Shown here: piece after piece, positions 1 to 12,965 of the stretch
How the letters are laid out: every line of letters begins with the position of its first letter
Numbering within the stretch: position 1 is the stretch's first letter
DNA from: Mustelus asterias
Taxonomy: Eukaryota
Direction of reading: 5' to 3'
DNA length: 64,000 bases
Assembly (NCBI RefSeq): GCF_964213995.1
Contig: NC_135804.1
Coordinates: forward strand, 69,378,001 to 69,442,000
Program-made: the position numbers and the translations under genes
Notes under the pieces: model-generated
Database searches by the model: none
Seen by the model: only the letters and a program-made list of their open reading frames with translations
Told to the model about the DNA's origin: nothing

Positions 1-1860
1 TAGCGACGCAAAGTATTCATTTAGGATCTCCCCTACTTCTTTGGGCTCTAAGCATAATTACCCATTTTTGTCCCTGAGAGGTCCGATTTTTTCCCTGACA
101 ACCATTTTGCTCCTAACGTATGAATAAAATGCCTTGGGATTCTCCTTAATCCTGTCTGCCAAGGAAATTTCGTGACCCCTTTTTGCTCTTCTAATTCCTC
201 GTTTGAGTTCTTTCCTACTTTCTTTGTATTCCTCCAGAGCTCCCTCCATTTTTACCTGTCTGGGTCTAACGTGCACCACTCTTTTCTGTGTGACCAATCG
301 CTTAATTTCCCTGGTTATCCACGGTTCTCGAATCCTACCCTTCCTATCCTTCTTTTTTACAGGCACATGCCTATCCTGTAGCCCTAACAACAGTTCCTTA
401 AAAGACTCCCACATGCCAGATGTGGATTTACCCTCAAACAGCCTCCCCCAATCAACAGCTGCCAAATTCTGCCTAATACCACTAAAGTTAGCCTTCCCCC
501 AATCCAACACCTTACCCTTGGGACACCACTCATCCTTTTCCATCACTATCCTAAAGCTAACAGAATTGTGGTCACTATTTGCTACATGTTCCCCGACCGA
601 AACTTTGAAGACCTGACCGGGCTCAGGTCCAGTATAGCCCCCTCTCTAGTCGGGCTATCTCCATATTGTTCCAAAGAACCTTCCTGTACGCATTTTACAA
701 CTGCCTCCCCATTCCGACTCCCACCCCGACGCTATTTCCAGTCTATGCCAGGGAAATTGAAGTCTCCCACTACAACAACCCTATTTTTCCTGCACCTATC
801 CGTTATCTCCTGACATATCCGTTCTTCCACTTCCCTTGGGCTGTTGGGGGGCCTGTAGTATACCCCCAACATAGTGACTGCACCCTTCCTGTTGCTGAGC
901 TCCACCCACAGTGACTCGTTACACGACCCCTCTGGATTGTCCTCCCTCTGCACCGCTGTAATATGCTCTCTAACTACTACTGCTACTCCCCCACCTCTTT
1001 TGGCCCCTCCTCTGTCTCACCTAAAACACTTGTACCCCGGAATATTCAGCTGCCAGTCCTGTCCCTCTTTCAAACAAGTCTCTGTCACTGCAACCACATC
1101 CAAATTCCTCGTAAGCATTAAGGCTCTAAGTTCGTCTGTCTTACCTGCTACGCTCCTTGCATTGAAGTAGATGTACTCCAGACCTCCAGGCCCATTGAGG
1201 TCATCCTCCCCCAGAGTGCTCTTCTTCTTTGCCAGCCTTGTCCTGGCCCCAAGTTCGTCCCCAGCCTCTACACTTGTCGACCTAAATTTTTTGATCCCCA
1301 CCCCCCTGCCATATTAGTTTAAACCCACCCGGACTGCACTAGCAAAGCTCCCAGCCTGGATATTCGTGCCCTTCCAATTTAGTTGTGACCCATCCTTGTA
1401 CAGGTGCCCTCCTCTCTTGAAAACTTCCCAGTGATCCAGGAATATGAAGACCTCCCTCCTGGACCAGTCCTTTAGCCAAGCGTTCAATTGTCCTATCTCC
1501 CTATTCCTAGCCTCACTGGCCCTAGGCATTGGGAGCAGCCCAGAGATTGCCACTCTGGAGGCCCTACTTTTTAGCCTATTTCCCAACTCCCTGAATTACT
1601 CTCGGAGGATCCCCCTGCTCTTCCTATCTACGTCATTTGCACCAATGTGTACAATGACATCCGTTTCTTTATCCCCCCCTTTTAATATGCCTCTTATCCG
1701 CTCGGAGACATCCAGTACCCCAGCCCCAGGTAGGCAGACTACCATCCTGGAGTCCCATTCCCAGCCACAGAATCGCCTGTCCGTGCCTCTAACCGACGCG
1801 TCCCCCACCACTATTGCTCTCAATTTCAATTTACTCCTTCCAATTGCTCCTTCCAATTTA
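1..1860 (-). mobile_element. Decayed CR1 LINE, 5' part: ORF1 (SGNH esterase-like) and start of ORF2 (APE endonuclease)
   Basis: ORF1 fragments IVVGDASVRG...IVHIGANDV...LNWKG (1314-1856). APE motifs YFNARS, VAVTET, GVYYRPP, VVVGDFNFPGIDW (732-1301). Linker EPWITREIK...KENPKAFYSYV (58-546). Frameshifted. Confidence 0.9.
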
Positions 1861-1869
1861 CTCCTCTAA

Positions 1870-2235
1870 TTTGCTGTCTTATGTCTTCATATTTCCCCTT
1901 CGTCCATGTAAACGCTTTCCTAGCTTGCCTGATCCTCTCTTTTCCAATGCAAGCATAAAGGAGATAGAGTTGTGATTGCTATCCCCAAGGTGCACTCCCA
2001 CTGAGAGATCTAACACCTGTCCAGGCTCATTGGTCAGTATCAGATCAAGTACAGCCTCTCCTCTTGTAGGCTTGTCCACATGCTGTGTCAGGAAACCCTC
2101 TTGAACAAACCTAACTAACTCCTTCCCATCCAATCCCCTTACCCTCGGGATATTCCAATCTATGTTTGCGAAATTAAAGTCTCCCATCACAACAACTCTA
2201 GTATTATTGCAACTCTCCAGGATCTGTTTTCCTGT
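1870..2235 (-). mobile_element. Separate CR1 ORF2 endonuclease fragment
   Basis: MGDFNFANIDW...FLTQHVDKPTRGEAVLDLIL...GDSNHN, lying upstream of the ORF1 of the adjacent copy, so an independent fragment. Confidence 0.8.
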
Positions 2236-2610
2236 TATCTAACTACTCCTTTATCCAAAACATTGTAAATTTAGTTATCCACAATGAAATTTGGGATGAC
2301 AACTTTGCACAATTCTTGTCGAAATCAAATAAACTACTTTCACAGGATGTCCTTCACCCACAGCACACGTTATTTGTTCAAAGTGCTCCAACCCGTTGAT
2401 TAAACACGATTTTCCTCCCCCAGGATCGTGTTGGCTTTGCCTGCTTGACTTTTTTTCCAAGCATCTTGCCATGGCATCTTTATTAAACCCTTTTAACCTA
2501 TCTCTAAGGCAGATATTAAGATAACTGGCATGATGTTTCCTGCTTTCTGTCGTCCTCCCCTCTTTAATACAAGGTTCTTTGTGGAATTTTATATTCTAAT
2601 GGAACCATGG

Positions 2611-2913
2611 AGGCAGCCTGGTGGCACAGTGCGAAGGACTGCTGCCTCACCGCGCCAGGACCCTGGGTTTGATTCCCAGCTTGGGTCACTGTCTGCGCGG
2701 AGGCTGTACATTCTACCCGTGTCTGTGTGGGTTAGCTCCGGGTGCTCTGGTTTCCTCCCACAGTACAAAAGACGTGACGGTTAGCTGCATTGGCCATATT
2801 ATATTCTCCTTCAGTGTAGCCGAACTGACACCGGAGTATAACGACTAGGCCATTTTCACAGTAACTTCATTGCAGCGTTAATGCAAGCCTATTTGTGACT
2901 AATAGATAAACTT
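2611..2913 (+). mobile_element. tRNA-derived SINE (HE1-like head, CACAGTAACTTCATTGCAG-type tail)
   Basis: Pol III A-box-like GGTGGCACAGTG and B-box-like GGTTTGATTCCC, core GGGTGCTCTGGTTTCCTCCCACAG. Tail shared with copies at about 54630, 55880 and 56570. Confidence 0.8.
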
Positions 2914-3699
2914 CAAATGTATTCTCCGAATCCAGGGATTTTTGGACAGTTAAAACTAATGGAACAGATCCCACAGTTTGCTAAGTTCGAAGTTCCTGCT
3001 CGTTGCAATTTCAAAATTCTGGCGCCAAATAAATTTTTGTTTGGTATTAAATTATTCTCAACACGCATTACACGGTCTTAGACTGGATCTGCATGTGGTA
3101 CCTTTATTTCAATCAGGTAATTCTGCAGTTCTGAAACAAACACTACTTTACATCCTGCCACCACATCTCCACTTCTCAGTATATGATCGTATCATATTGC
3201 TCTTATACCTTTTTGTTTTTAGAACATACTCTATTTACTTTTTGTGTTAGTTAATCCACATTCCAATCAGCTGACAAGTAATTAGTTTCTCTTTACGTAA
3301 TATGTGAATATATTACCAACTCAATATATATGGCCGCCACATTTGAATTTTCACTCAACAGGAAAGAAGCGCCCTACCAGTATGTTCAAGAATTTCATAT
3401 CTATAAACCATCACGTGGTTCAAATTTTGTTTATCGTTCAAAAGAATAAAAATAACTATCTTCTCTTACTCAATAGCTGCAATCCCTGAATTGGGCAACG
3501 TCCCTCTAAAACTAGTTTCATTTTTACAAGTGTTCCCATGTGTTGTTTATAACATGCAGAAAGTAACTAGGCACAGTTCTTTAAATATGGCATGCGGTTC
3601 TGATCAGGGCCGTTCACATGCATTCTGTGTGCCTATAAAGAACTCTTGGAACTCTGGGTTTTGCAATTGCTTTGATGGCCTTTCAAAAGTGTATTAGCC

Positions 3700-6600
3700 A
3701 GGGTTCAGTGTAAGCACATTCCTCTGAGAGTGAAGGGCAAGGCTAGCAGAAGTAAGGAACTCTGGATGACTCGGGATATTGAAGCCCTGGTCAAGAAGAG
3801 GGAGGAGGCACATGACATGCATAAGCAGCTGGGAACAAGTGATTCTCTTGAAGGGGGCGCAGGAGTAGAGTTAAGAGATAAATCAGGAGGAGAAAAATGG
3901 GACAAGAGTTTGTTTTGACAGATGGAGAAGATTTGGCAAAGGAGAATCCAAAGAGTTTCTCCAAATACATAAAGGGCAAAAGAGTACCATGGGATAGATT
4001 AGGGCCTCTTAAGGATCAACAAGGCCATTTATGTGCGGATCCACTAGGACGGGTGATCCTAAGTTAATATTTGTCATCATCAATTAGCCTAACCTCAGTT
4101 GTTGGCAAAATTCTAGAATCCATCGTTAAGGATGAGATTCCTAAATTCTTGGAAGTGCAGGGTCGGATTAAGACAAGTCAGCATGGACTTAGTAAGGGGA
4201 GGTCGTGCCTGACAAACCTGTTAGAGTTCTTTGAAGATATAACAAATAGGTTAGACCAAGGAGAGCCAATGGATGTTATCTATCTTGACTTCCAAAAGGC
4301 CTTTGACAAGGTGCCTCACGGGAGACTGCTGAGTAAAATAAGGGCCCATGGTATTCGAGGCAAGGTACTAACATGGATTGACGATTGGCTGTCAGACAGA
4401 AGGCAGAGAGTTGGGATAAAAGGTTCTTTCTCAGAATGGCAACCGGTGACAAGTGGTGTCCCGCAGGGTTCAGTGTTGGGGCCACAGCTGTTCTCTTTAT
4501 ATATTAACGATCTAGATGACGGGACTGGGAGCATTCTGGCCAAGTTTGCCGATGATACAAAGATAGGTGGAGGGGCAGGTAGTATTGAGGAGGTGGGGAG
4601 GCTGCAGAAAGATTTAGACAGTTTAGGAGAGTGGTCCAAGAAGTGGCTGATGAAATTCAACGTGGGCAAGTGCGAGGTCGTACACTTTGGAAAAAAGAAT
4701 AGAGGCATGGACTATTTTCTAAACGGTGACAAAATTAATAATGCTAAAGTGCAAAGGGACTTGGGAGTCCTAGTCCAGGATTCTCTAAAGGTAAACTTGC
4801 AGGTTGAGTCCGTAATTAAGAAAGCAAATGTAATGTTGTCATTTATCTCAAGAGGCTTGGAATACAAAAGCAGGGATGTACTTCTGAGGCTTTGTAAAGC
4901 ACTGGTTAGGCCCCATTTGGAGTACTGTGAGCAATTTTGGGCCCCACACCTCAGGAAGGACATACTGGCACTGGAGTGGGTCCAGCGGAGATTCACACGG
5001 ATGATCCCAGGAATGGTAGGCCTGACATACGATGAACGTCTGAGGATCGTGGGATTATATTCATTGGAGTTTAGGAGGTTGAGGGGAGATCTGATAGAAA
5101 CTTACAAGATAATGAACGGCTTAGATAGGATGGACGTAGGGAAGTTGTTTCCATTAACAGGGGAGACTAGGACGCGGGGGCACAGCCTTAGAATAAAAGG
5201 GAGTCACTTTAGAACAGAGGGCTGTGGAGGCCGAGACGTTGAGCGTCATCAAGACAGAAATTGATAAATTCTTGATTTCTCGAGGAATTAAGGGCTATGG
5301 GGAGAGAGCGGGTAAATGGAGTTGAAATCAACCATGATTGAATGGTGGAGTGGACTCGATGGGCCGAATGGCCTTACTTCCGCTCCTATGTCTTATGGTC
5401 TTATGGTCTTATTTGCTGTTGAGAAAAACATGGATGTTAGGGAACTTGGGGAAATAAATAGTGATGTTTTGAGGAGTGTACATATTAGAGAGTAAGTGAT
5501 GCTGGACATCTTAAAGCGCATCAAGTTAGATAAATCCCCAGGACCTGGTGAAGTGTATCCCAGGACATTGCAGAAGGCCAGGGAGGAAATTGCGGGTCCC
5601 CTTGCAAAGATATTTGAATCATCGATAGCCACAGGTGAGGTGCCTGAAGATTGGAGGGTGGCAAATGTTGTGACTTTCTTTAAAAAGGGCTGCAGGGAAA
5701 AGCCTGGGAACTATAGGCGAAAGAGCTTCACAACTGTGGTGGGTAAGTTGTTGGAAGGTATTTTGAGGTCAGGATCTATAGACATTTAGAGATGCAAGGA
5801 CTGATTAGGGACATCAGCATGGCTTTGTGAGTGGAAAATCATGTCTCACAAATTTGATTGAGGTTTTTGAAGGGGTAACCAAGAAGGTAGATGAGGGCAG
5901 TGCAGTTGATGTTGTTTACATGGACTTTGGCAAGGCCTTTGACAAGGTACCACATGGTATGTTGTTGCATAAGGTTAAACCTCACGGGATCCAGGGTGAG
6001 GTAGCTAAATGGATAAAAAATTGTCTTGACGGCAGAAGCCAGAGGGTGGTTGTAGAGGGTTGTTTTTTTCAAATTGGAGGCCTGTGACCAGCAGTGTGCC
6101 TCAGGGTTCAGTACTGAGTCCACTGTTAATTGTCATTTATATTAATGGTTTGGATGAGAATATAGGAAACATGGTTAGTATTTTTGTAGATGACACCAAG
6201 ATTGCTGGCATGGTGTACAGGGAAGAAGGTTATCTCATACTGCAACGGGATCTTGATCAATTGATGAATGACAGATGGAGTTTAATTTAGATAAATGCAA
6301 GGTGATGGATTTTGGAAGACTGAAACAGGGCAGGACTTACTCAGTTAATGGTAGGGCGTTGGGGAGAGTTACAGAGCAAAGAGATCTCGGGGTACAGGTT
6401 CATAGCTCCCTGATAGTGCAGTCACAGGTGGACAGAGTGATGAAGAAGGCATTCAGCATGCTTGGTTGCATTGGTCAGAACATTGAATATAGAAATTGGG
6501 ACAACTTGTTGAAGTTGTACAAGACATTGTTAAGGCCACACTTGGAATACTGTGTACAGTTCTGGTCACCCTATTATAGAAGAGATATTATTAAACTAGA

Positions 6601-7095
6601 AAGCATGCAGAAAAGATTTACTAGGGTGCTACCAGGACTTGATGGTTTGAGTTATAAGGAGAGGCTGGATAGACTGGGATTGTTTTCTCTGGAGCGTGGA
6701 ATGCTGAGGGGTGGTATTATAGAGGTCTATGAAATAATGAGGAGCACAGATCAGTTAGATAGTCAATATATTTTCCAAAAGTTAGGGGAGTCTAAAACTG
6801 GAGGGCATAGGTTTCAGGTAAGAGGGGAGAGATACAAAAATGTCCAGAGGGACAATTTGTTCTCATGGAGGCTGGTGAGTGGCTGGAACAAGCAGCCACA
6901 TGTAGTAGTAGAGGCAGGTACAATTTTGTCTTTTAAAAAGCATTTGGACAGTCACATTGGTAAAATGGGTATAGAGGGATATGGGCCAAATGCAGGCAAT
7001 TGGGACTAGCTTAGGGCTTAAAAAAAGTGAGTGGCATGGACAAGTTGGACCGAAGGGCCTGTTTCCATGCTAGAAACCTCTATGACTCTATGACC
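3700..7095 (+). mobile_element. Older CR1 LINE (ORF2 RT half plus 3' tail), split by a nested CR1
   Basis: [59 protein letters not shown]. Tail of CTATGA repeats at about 7080-7094. Confidence 0.88.
4080..5410 (+). mobile_element. Younger 5'-truncated CR1 LINE nested in the older CR1; RT reading frame open
   Basis: 397-aa ORF with [40 protein letters not shown]. 3' UTR GGACTCGATGGGCCGAATGGCC and (CTTATGGT)n tail. Confidence 0.92.
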
Positions 7096-7774
7096 GATAA
7101 GTTAATAAATACTACAGTACAGGTAAACTGCATGTACAGCCGTTCCTTAACAAAGTTATTAAATTGTTGTTTATTGAGAGGTTTGTTATGAATTTGTGGA
7201 TCACTTCAGATCAATAGCTGTTAATTCTGATGTTCATCAAATTACAAAATAATAATTATGATGGGTTACGTAGTTGTATTCGTGATATTCGCATCTATAA
7301 AATAAGGTAAAAAATAAGGGTTCAATTCTTATGACATACTTATTTGAAGAAACATTACATCGTAAATGGTTATGTCTGGCTTATCAGTAATCACTAAACG
7401 TTACAAAGGAACAATTCGGTATCTAGATTACTTTACATTACGCATATGATGTACCTTTTGTATCGGCAATTTCCAGCATTCATTGTATTCAATAAGCCTC
7501 ATTGACCAACAGACATTCTTATATCTATCGCATGCATCCGGCAAGGGAATACCATAATTTTAAGATAAGTGCAAAAACTGAGATACCGTTATTCTGCAGC
7601 GTTTTGAGGAGCAAATAGCTGCATAAAGTACTACATTACCCTTCCAGAATTCATATCCATGGGCATTTTAATCCTGTTTAACGTAAACGTTGTTCTTAGG
7701 CAGAACATTATTTCTATGCAAAATCAAATAACATTTTCAGTGATAATTAGAAAATCCATCCATCGGCATCTTAC

Positions 7775-8086
7775 CTGGGTTAGAACTAGATACCAGGTGA
7801 ACAGATAATTTCGGTGCTTGGAGCGTCCCATGAGACACCAAACAAATGTAAGGCGTTCCTATCTGGATTGGCTGTGACACCTGCAGAATGCTGGAGGCTT
7901 CATAGAGACCTGATTCGTTCAAGCGCTTTGTTGTTTTTATCCCGGTTGTAATCCTGCTTCCATTTTTGTACCAGTGAAAGGTAATAGCCGCCGGGTAAAA
8001 GTCAACTGTTTCGCACTCAAGATGAAGATAGGTGTTTGAATTTCCGTCAGACATTTTCCACTGTATAGTTGGTTCATGAGGAGAAG
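7775..8086 (-). CDS. Paralog B C1-set Ig exon
   Basis: atag|CT...AAC CCA G|gtaaga. Translates ASPHEPTIQWKMSDGNSNTYLHLECETVDFYPAAITFHWYKNG...GLYEASSIL...YICLVSHGTL, which has the C1 hallmarks C..FYP, W, and YxCxVxH. Confidence 0.9.
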
Positions 8087-9766
8087 CTATATTGGGGTTC
8101 AGGGAGAATTTCTCAGTGTTGAATATTTAGAGGATTATAACAATTTATAACCTAATCGCATGCGTATTCTTTAATTATTTTGGAGAAATTTTTATATAAT
8201 GGAACCTCTGCACTTTTTGAATTACCTAAGAACAGCCATATTTATTCGACTTTTTAAAAATGTCACAACCATCAAAACCAACATAGATTTTCTCATTCAG
8301 TGAATCAACTTCAAATGCATTTCGACTTGTTTAAACATTACGGCCTGAAAAGTATTCATTGCATAACAACATCATAAATTAAGTGTTCGTCTGTTTATAG
8401 TTCTGAGGATTATGTTAGCAATGTTGTTCAAAATATTTGCCGAACTGCGCTTCAATTACAACAACTTTGCCGCTCAGAAAAGGTTGCTGATTGTTTGGCA
8501 GTGTGACTTTAATTTGCAGGTGAATTTAAGGGAGACAATTTCTCTTTTGGAACATTGTAAGCTTAGTGAAAGCCCGAGATGCATTGAGGTACGGCCTTTA
8601 ACATTATCCACGTTGCACTATCGCCAACATTTCGATCTTCTCTGTCACGTTAAAGGCAATAGCAGTTCTGCCGCAAAAAAGCCAACTTGAATTGACTACA
8701 CTCTGACCTCACATGCTGAGATCTAATAGAACAGTAATCCTTATGCGTTGAACCATCATTCCAGTGAGGTCAATTGTTTAATCCTGGAATATTTCTGGAA
8801 TCACGCAACCGAATTGATTGTGTTGAAGCACGTTGGGTAGTTCACGGCAAATAGAAAGATCGGACAAGAACGGCCGTTCACGTCATTTCACTTGGGCGTT
8901 CTCACATTTTTGGACGTATAGCTTTACGAAGAATCCTCCCAAAATTATCCCCACAATGATTTAGAAAAAGTACCTCGAGTTCCGTGAAATAACACAATGA
9001 CATACAAGTATTATTGTTTTATAAAGGCGTTCACTGGATAATGTGAGTGATTAAATAGCGATTTACGGTAAACTAGAGAGGCAGGCCTGAGCAACGTAGC
9101 TCCTCCCAATTAAGTTTTAGTCAGAAAGTTCCTTACAGCTAATTAAGATTGAACCTTAAAATATGTATGCTCTTTTTATTATGAGGTCACTATCTAAGAA
9201 ATTTGATGCGTTGATAGTAATCGTACTTTTCAAGAGTGGGAGCATCCGAAAATACAGTTTGGAAGTGTTGGCAGATGTGTGTCTTCATTCGATATCCTAA
9301 GCATTAAATTTTAGGATTGCCAAAATGTATCAAGTATGATAATATTCTGGATAACGTACATGCAAAAGAAATATTTGGCGCTATTCAAATTATATCGGCA
9401 CAACTGGAGTCGAGCCTTATTCCACCATAAAACATGCAGCAGTTTAACTGGATATATTGTTAAATTACATACATGTAATAAATATATTCTATATACATAA
9501 ATACATACATACATATAATTATATATATATATGTATATCCCTTGTCATAATTACATTTCATGCTTTGAAAATATTAGCTGCCGTTTTTGTATGTAGTGAT
9601 AATTCAGAAATACGTAATTGAGGCGACAAAGGCCGAATGATCAAGAAATGCTTCAATAAGGCACAAATCATGCCATCGTGCTACTTTACTTTCCATTTCA
9701 AAGGTGTGTATATAAACATGTTTGAGAGAGGATTCCAAAAATTCCTTCCGCCACAATGACACTTAC

Positions 9767-10081
9767 CGTGGACAACAATTGTTGATCCAGTTCCGTTCGT
9801 CATTCTCGCTCTTCCTTTTTGGACCGCAGCAATAAACCCCGGCGTCTTGGAAACGGACATTAAGGAGCTGGAAGGAGCCTTGCCCTTTTCTCTTAAAAAA
9901 TGTTTCCGCCTGTCTGAGCTGGGTTGCATAAATACACTTTCGTCAAGTCTCCACCAGAAAATATTCACTTCGGAATTATCTGACGGAGGAGTGAACGCAC
10001 AAGCAATGGTAATATTTTCACCGATCTTAACAATCATGTGTCCGGGGCTTTGCGACACCTGGGACTGGGTATAGCAAATAA
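9767..10081 (-). CDS. Paralog B V-set exon (VJ-type) with an internal frameshifted segment
   Basis: ggaag|TT...GTC CAC G|gtaagt. VSQSP...NITIAC...IFWWRL...NGTGSTIVV is in the main frame, while GSFQLLNVRFQDAGVYCCG is in a shifted frame. Confidence 0.88.
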
Positions 10082-10211
10082 CTTCCAAAGAGAGGGATAA
10101 AACATATTATCAATCAATTCAACACTTCAGATCTAAATTGCAGAGTTTCATAGTTGAGTTGGAATACATACAAAGACTATTTTAAAAATAAAAATAAAAT
10201 GCAGCGGATAC

Positions 10212-10262
10212 CTGTCACGGTCATCACCAGGTTCAGTCTGCTCTGAAGAACAGCGAGAACAT
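10212..10262 (-). CDS. Paralog B leader-like exon (defective)
   Basis: Phase-1 donor GTG ACA G|gtatcc, 130 nt from the V acceptor, mirroring ACA G|gt in paralog A. The ATG at 10262 (MFSLFFRAD*) is out of frame with the donor. Confidence 0.5.
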
Positions 10263-11259
10263 TGATATTGGACAAAACAATAACGGTCTTCTGCGAATAA
10301 AGAAGTATCTGGAGAATTTATTGCGGCAACGCCGCAATTGACCTGTTGTAAAATAAGAAATGACGACGTGTGATGCCGCACGTTTTTCATTACACAGCAA
10401 GTTCTTAAATTTAATTTGCGGTTGTTCCTTTGAATTTTGAATGCTTTAAAGCATTGCGAACAGGATCATTAGTATTAACCAAAACAAACACCACACCGAT
10501 CTGCCCGATGTTCTGGATATCTATCGGTTAAATCTGTGTTGGATTTTAACACGGCTGAAGAAAATGGCTGCGCTCGACAAATAAATATCTTGAGGTTTTT
10601 CTTGGACGAACATTGACTGTTCAAAACAACAACAAAAAATCTTTCAGAAGGAGGTGATGCCAATGACCGCAATTAAAAAAAGAGAAAATAGTGTAAATTG
10701 CAGAAATATGATACCTAGCTGCGTCGGTAGATGTTTTGTTTTCTCTTTGCAGGAGCTGCCAGAACGACAACGCTTATGCGAGTTGGCTGGCGTTGCAGTA
10801 AATACCAGACATTATGAAGTAATTTAATTTTACTGCGTTTGAGATCTGTATTTCGTATTTTGCCCGTAGAATAGAACTTAAGAACGCATTCAGTTAATTC
10901 ATCTTATCATTGATAGGCAATTTGGATATTGCAGCCTGCTGCGCTATAGAATGAGATCAGTCGGTAATCTGACGGTGAAATTCATTTCACTTTCTTAACT
11001 GCACAGCGACCCACAATCCTCACCACCCGGAAGCTCTTGACTTCATTTGAAATCAAAAATCAAATTTAGCATTAAATAATTTCAATGACCAGTCCTTCTC
11101 TGCTCTCCAAGGTACATAATTCGAAAGAAAAACGATCCTCTGAGAGAAGAAATCGCCCATCAACTCTGTCTTTAATCAACTTTTCAAACCGGTTTTCCTG
11201 GTTGAGATTCTTTTAGTAAAGGAAACATTCTGGCAGCAGTTACCCTATGAAGCGACTTT

Positions 11260-11790
11260 GGAATCTTACGTATTTCAGTAAGATCAATTGATGATGTTCT
11301 AAACTCCAGCCACGTTAAAGCTCGCAATGCTCAATCTTTTATGATAATACATCCCGTTCGTAGTTAGAGAACCCCCGGCCCCTAATGCAACTATATACCT
11401 TATCGTTTAGGGTGACCGACACTGCAGGCAGTATCAAGGACCGGTCTCAATACTGGCCTGTACAGTTGTAACATAAATGACCTATGTTTCCACATTATAT
11501 AGTCCCTTGCAATAAAGAGTATTCGTTTGCTGCTTAACCATGTCAACGTTTTATGATCCATTTGCGAGAGCAGCAAAATTCCTATTTCCCGCGGCACTCT
11601 GCAATAACTCTTCAATTTTATCGTATTCTGGTATTGTATTTTTCTCTCCGAAGTGGGCAGCCTCAAATTTTCCGACCCAATACTCCATCTTCCAAATACC
11701 TGCCTACTCACTGAAACGATCCATATCCTTTTCCAAATTTTGTGAGCCTCTTTACAACATGTTCTCCTGCCTATTCTTCTCTATGTTTAG
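11260..11790 (-). mobile_element. Old CR1 RT fragment
   Basis: Degenerate FIARD...MLQLYRPVLRPVLD motif. Confidence 0.65.
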
Positions 11791-12649
11791 CAAATTTGGC
11801 TACAGCATGCCAGGCCTCAAAAATCTGTAGGAATTATTTAAATTACTACTTCCAATTTTTGAAATCACGTTTACTCTGCTTGATCAAATTGTGGTTTTCT
11901 AAATGTGCTGCAACTACATCCTTCCGAGTGTATTACAGCATTTGTGCCATGCCCGTTAAAAGGCTAACTGAATTTTGGTTTCCCGTTCTGTGATATCTTT
12001 GTGCTTCCATTGCGTCATATTAATCAGAAAAGCTCCGAGCAGTAAAAAGGTGAAAAGAAAAATCATTTTCCAAATACATTTCACTCCAGCTATTTCACTG
12101 AACTTTAAAAACGCTGAACCGAGAAAACGCAAAATTGAAATAGGTGTTCAGTGGAAGAGAAAATTCAGTTCCATGGTGGAATTGACTCAAAATTCAGTTT
12201 AACCGATAGGCCAAGAAGTTTTATTTCATTTTAGTTAGGTTTCAAAGGAAAACTGGTACATATATAATGGTTGATCTCTGACGCTTGTCATGTCTGATTC
12301 TTGTGTAATAGAGAATTCCCGCATATCTTGAACGCCACACAGGCAGCAGATGAGGCCAATTATTCGATGACTTTAAGATCTCTTGGGGCTAAAAGGGTCA
12401 AGGGAAATGGGGCAAAGCGGGAACATGTTGAATTGGATATCGGCCATGATCATAATGCTTGGCGGGTGAGACTGGAGGAGGAGAATGGCTTACTTCTGCT
12501 CCTCTGCTCTATGCTTCCATTTATATCGTAGACGGATGGTTTATTTTCAATGGCTGGCACCAGAGTTCAAAGAAATATCACAGTTACGAAAAACTGGAAG
12601 CAATATTCTGAAGAATACATTGAGAGTTTCTTATCGTTGTCCAAAGACT

Positions 12650-12965
12650 GAACATAGAACCATAGAATACCTTCAGTGCAGAGGGAGGCCATTCGGCTCA
12701 TCTGGTCTGCACCGATTCCCCAATAGAACATCCCTCCCAGGCACCAACCTAGTAAGCAAATGCATTTAGTCAAATATATCGACCAACCAACATACCTTGG
12801 GAGACGATGGCGCAGTTCCAAATGGCTAATCAACCCAACGTGCATATTTTTAGACTGTGGTAGGAAAGAGGAGCACTGGAAGAAATCTACTGAAACACGG
12901 AGAAAGCACCACACACCAGTTGTACCCGGGTCTCTGGCAGTGCTAACCACTGTGCCACCCAGCTG
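12650..12965 (-). mobile_element. HE1-like SINE with CR1-type 3' tail
   Basis: Reverse complement GGCACAGTGGTTAGCACTG head and CCGAATGGCCTCCCTCTGCACTG...TTCTATG tail. Confidence 0.75.

Larger units (their letters stand above)
7775..10262 (-). pseudogene. Paralog B: V-C1 Ig-superfamily receptor (SIRP/NCR3-like), probably damaged
   Basis: Leader-like exon about 10262-10212, V exon 10081-9767, C1 exon 8086-7775, all with phase-1 GT-AG junctions. V exon has compensating frameshifts, the leader frame is broken, and no clean TM exon was found. Confidence 0.78.

Noticed and set aside
3102-3130. Possible 29-nt phase 1-to-0 cytoplasmic mini-exon of paralog B (ELQNYLIEIK)
   Set aside because: Weak donor, no clear similarity to exon 5 of paralog A, and easily a chance match.
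7455-7578. TM exon of paralog B (VFALILKLWYSLAGCMR*)
   Set aside because: Splice-like ends are present, but there are in-frame stops and no full hydrophobic helix; it cannot be supported as a feature.
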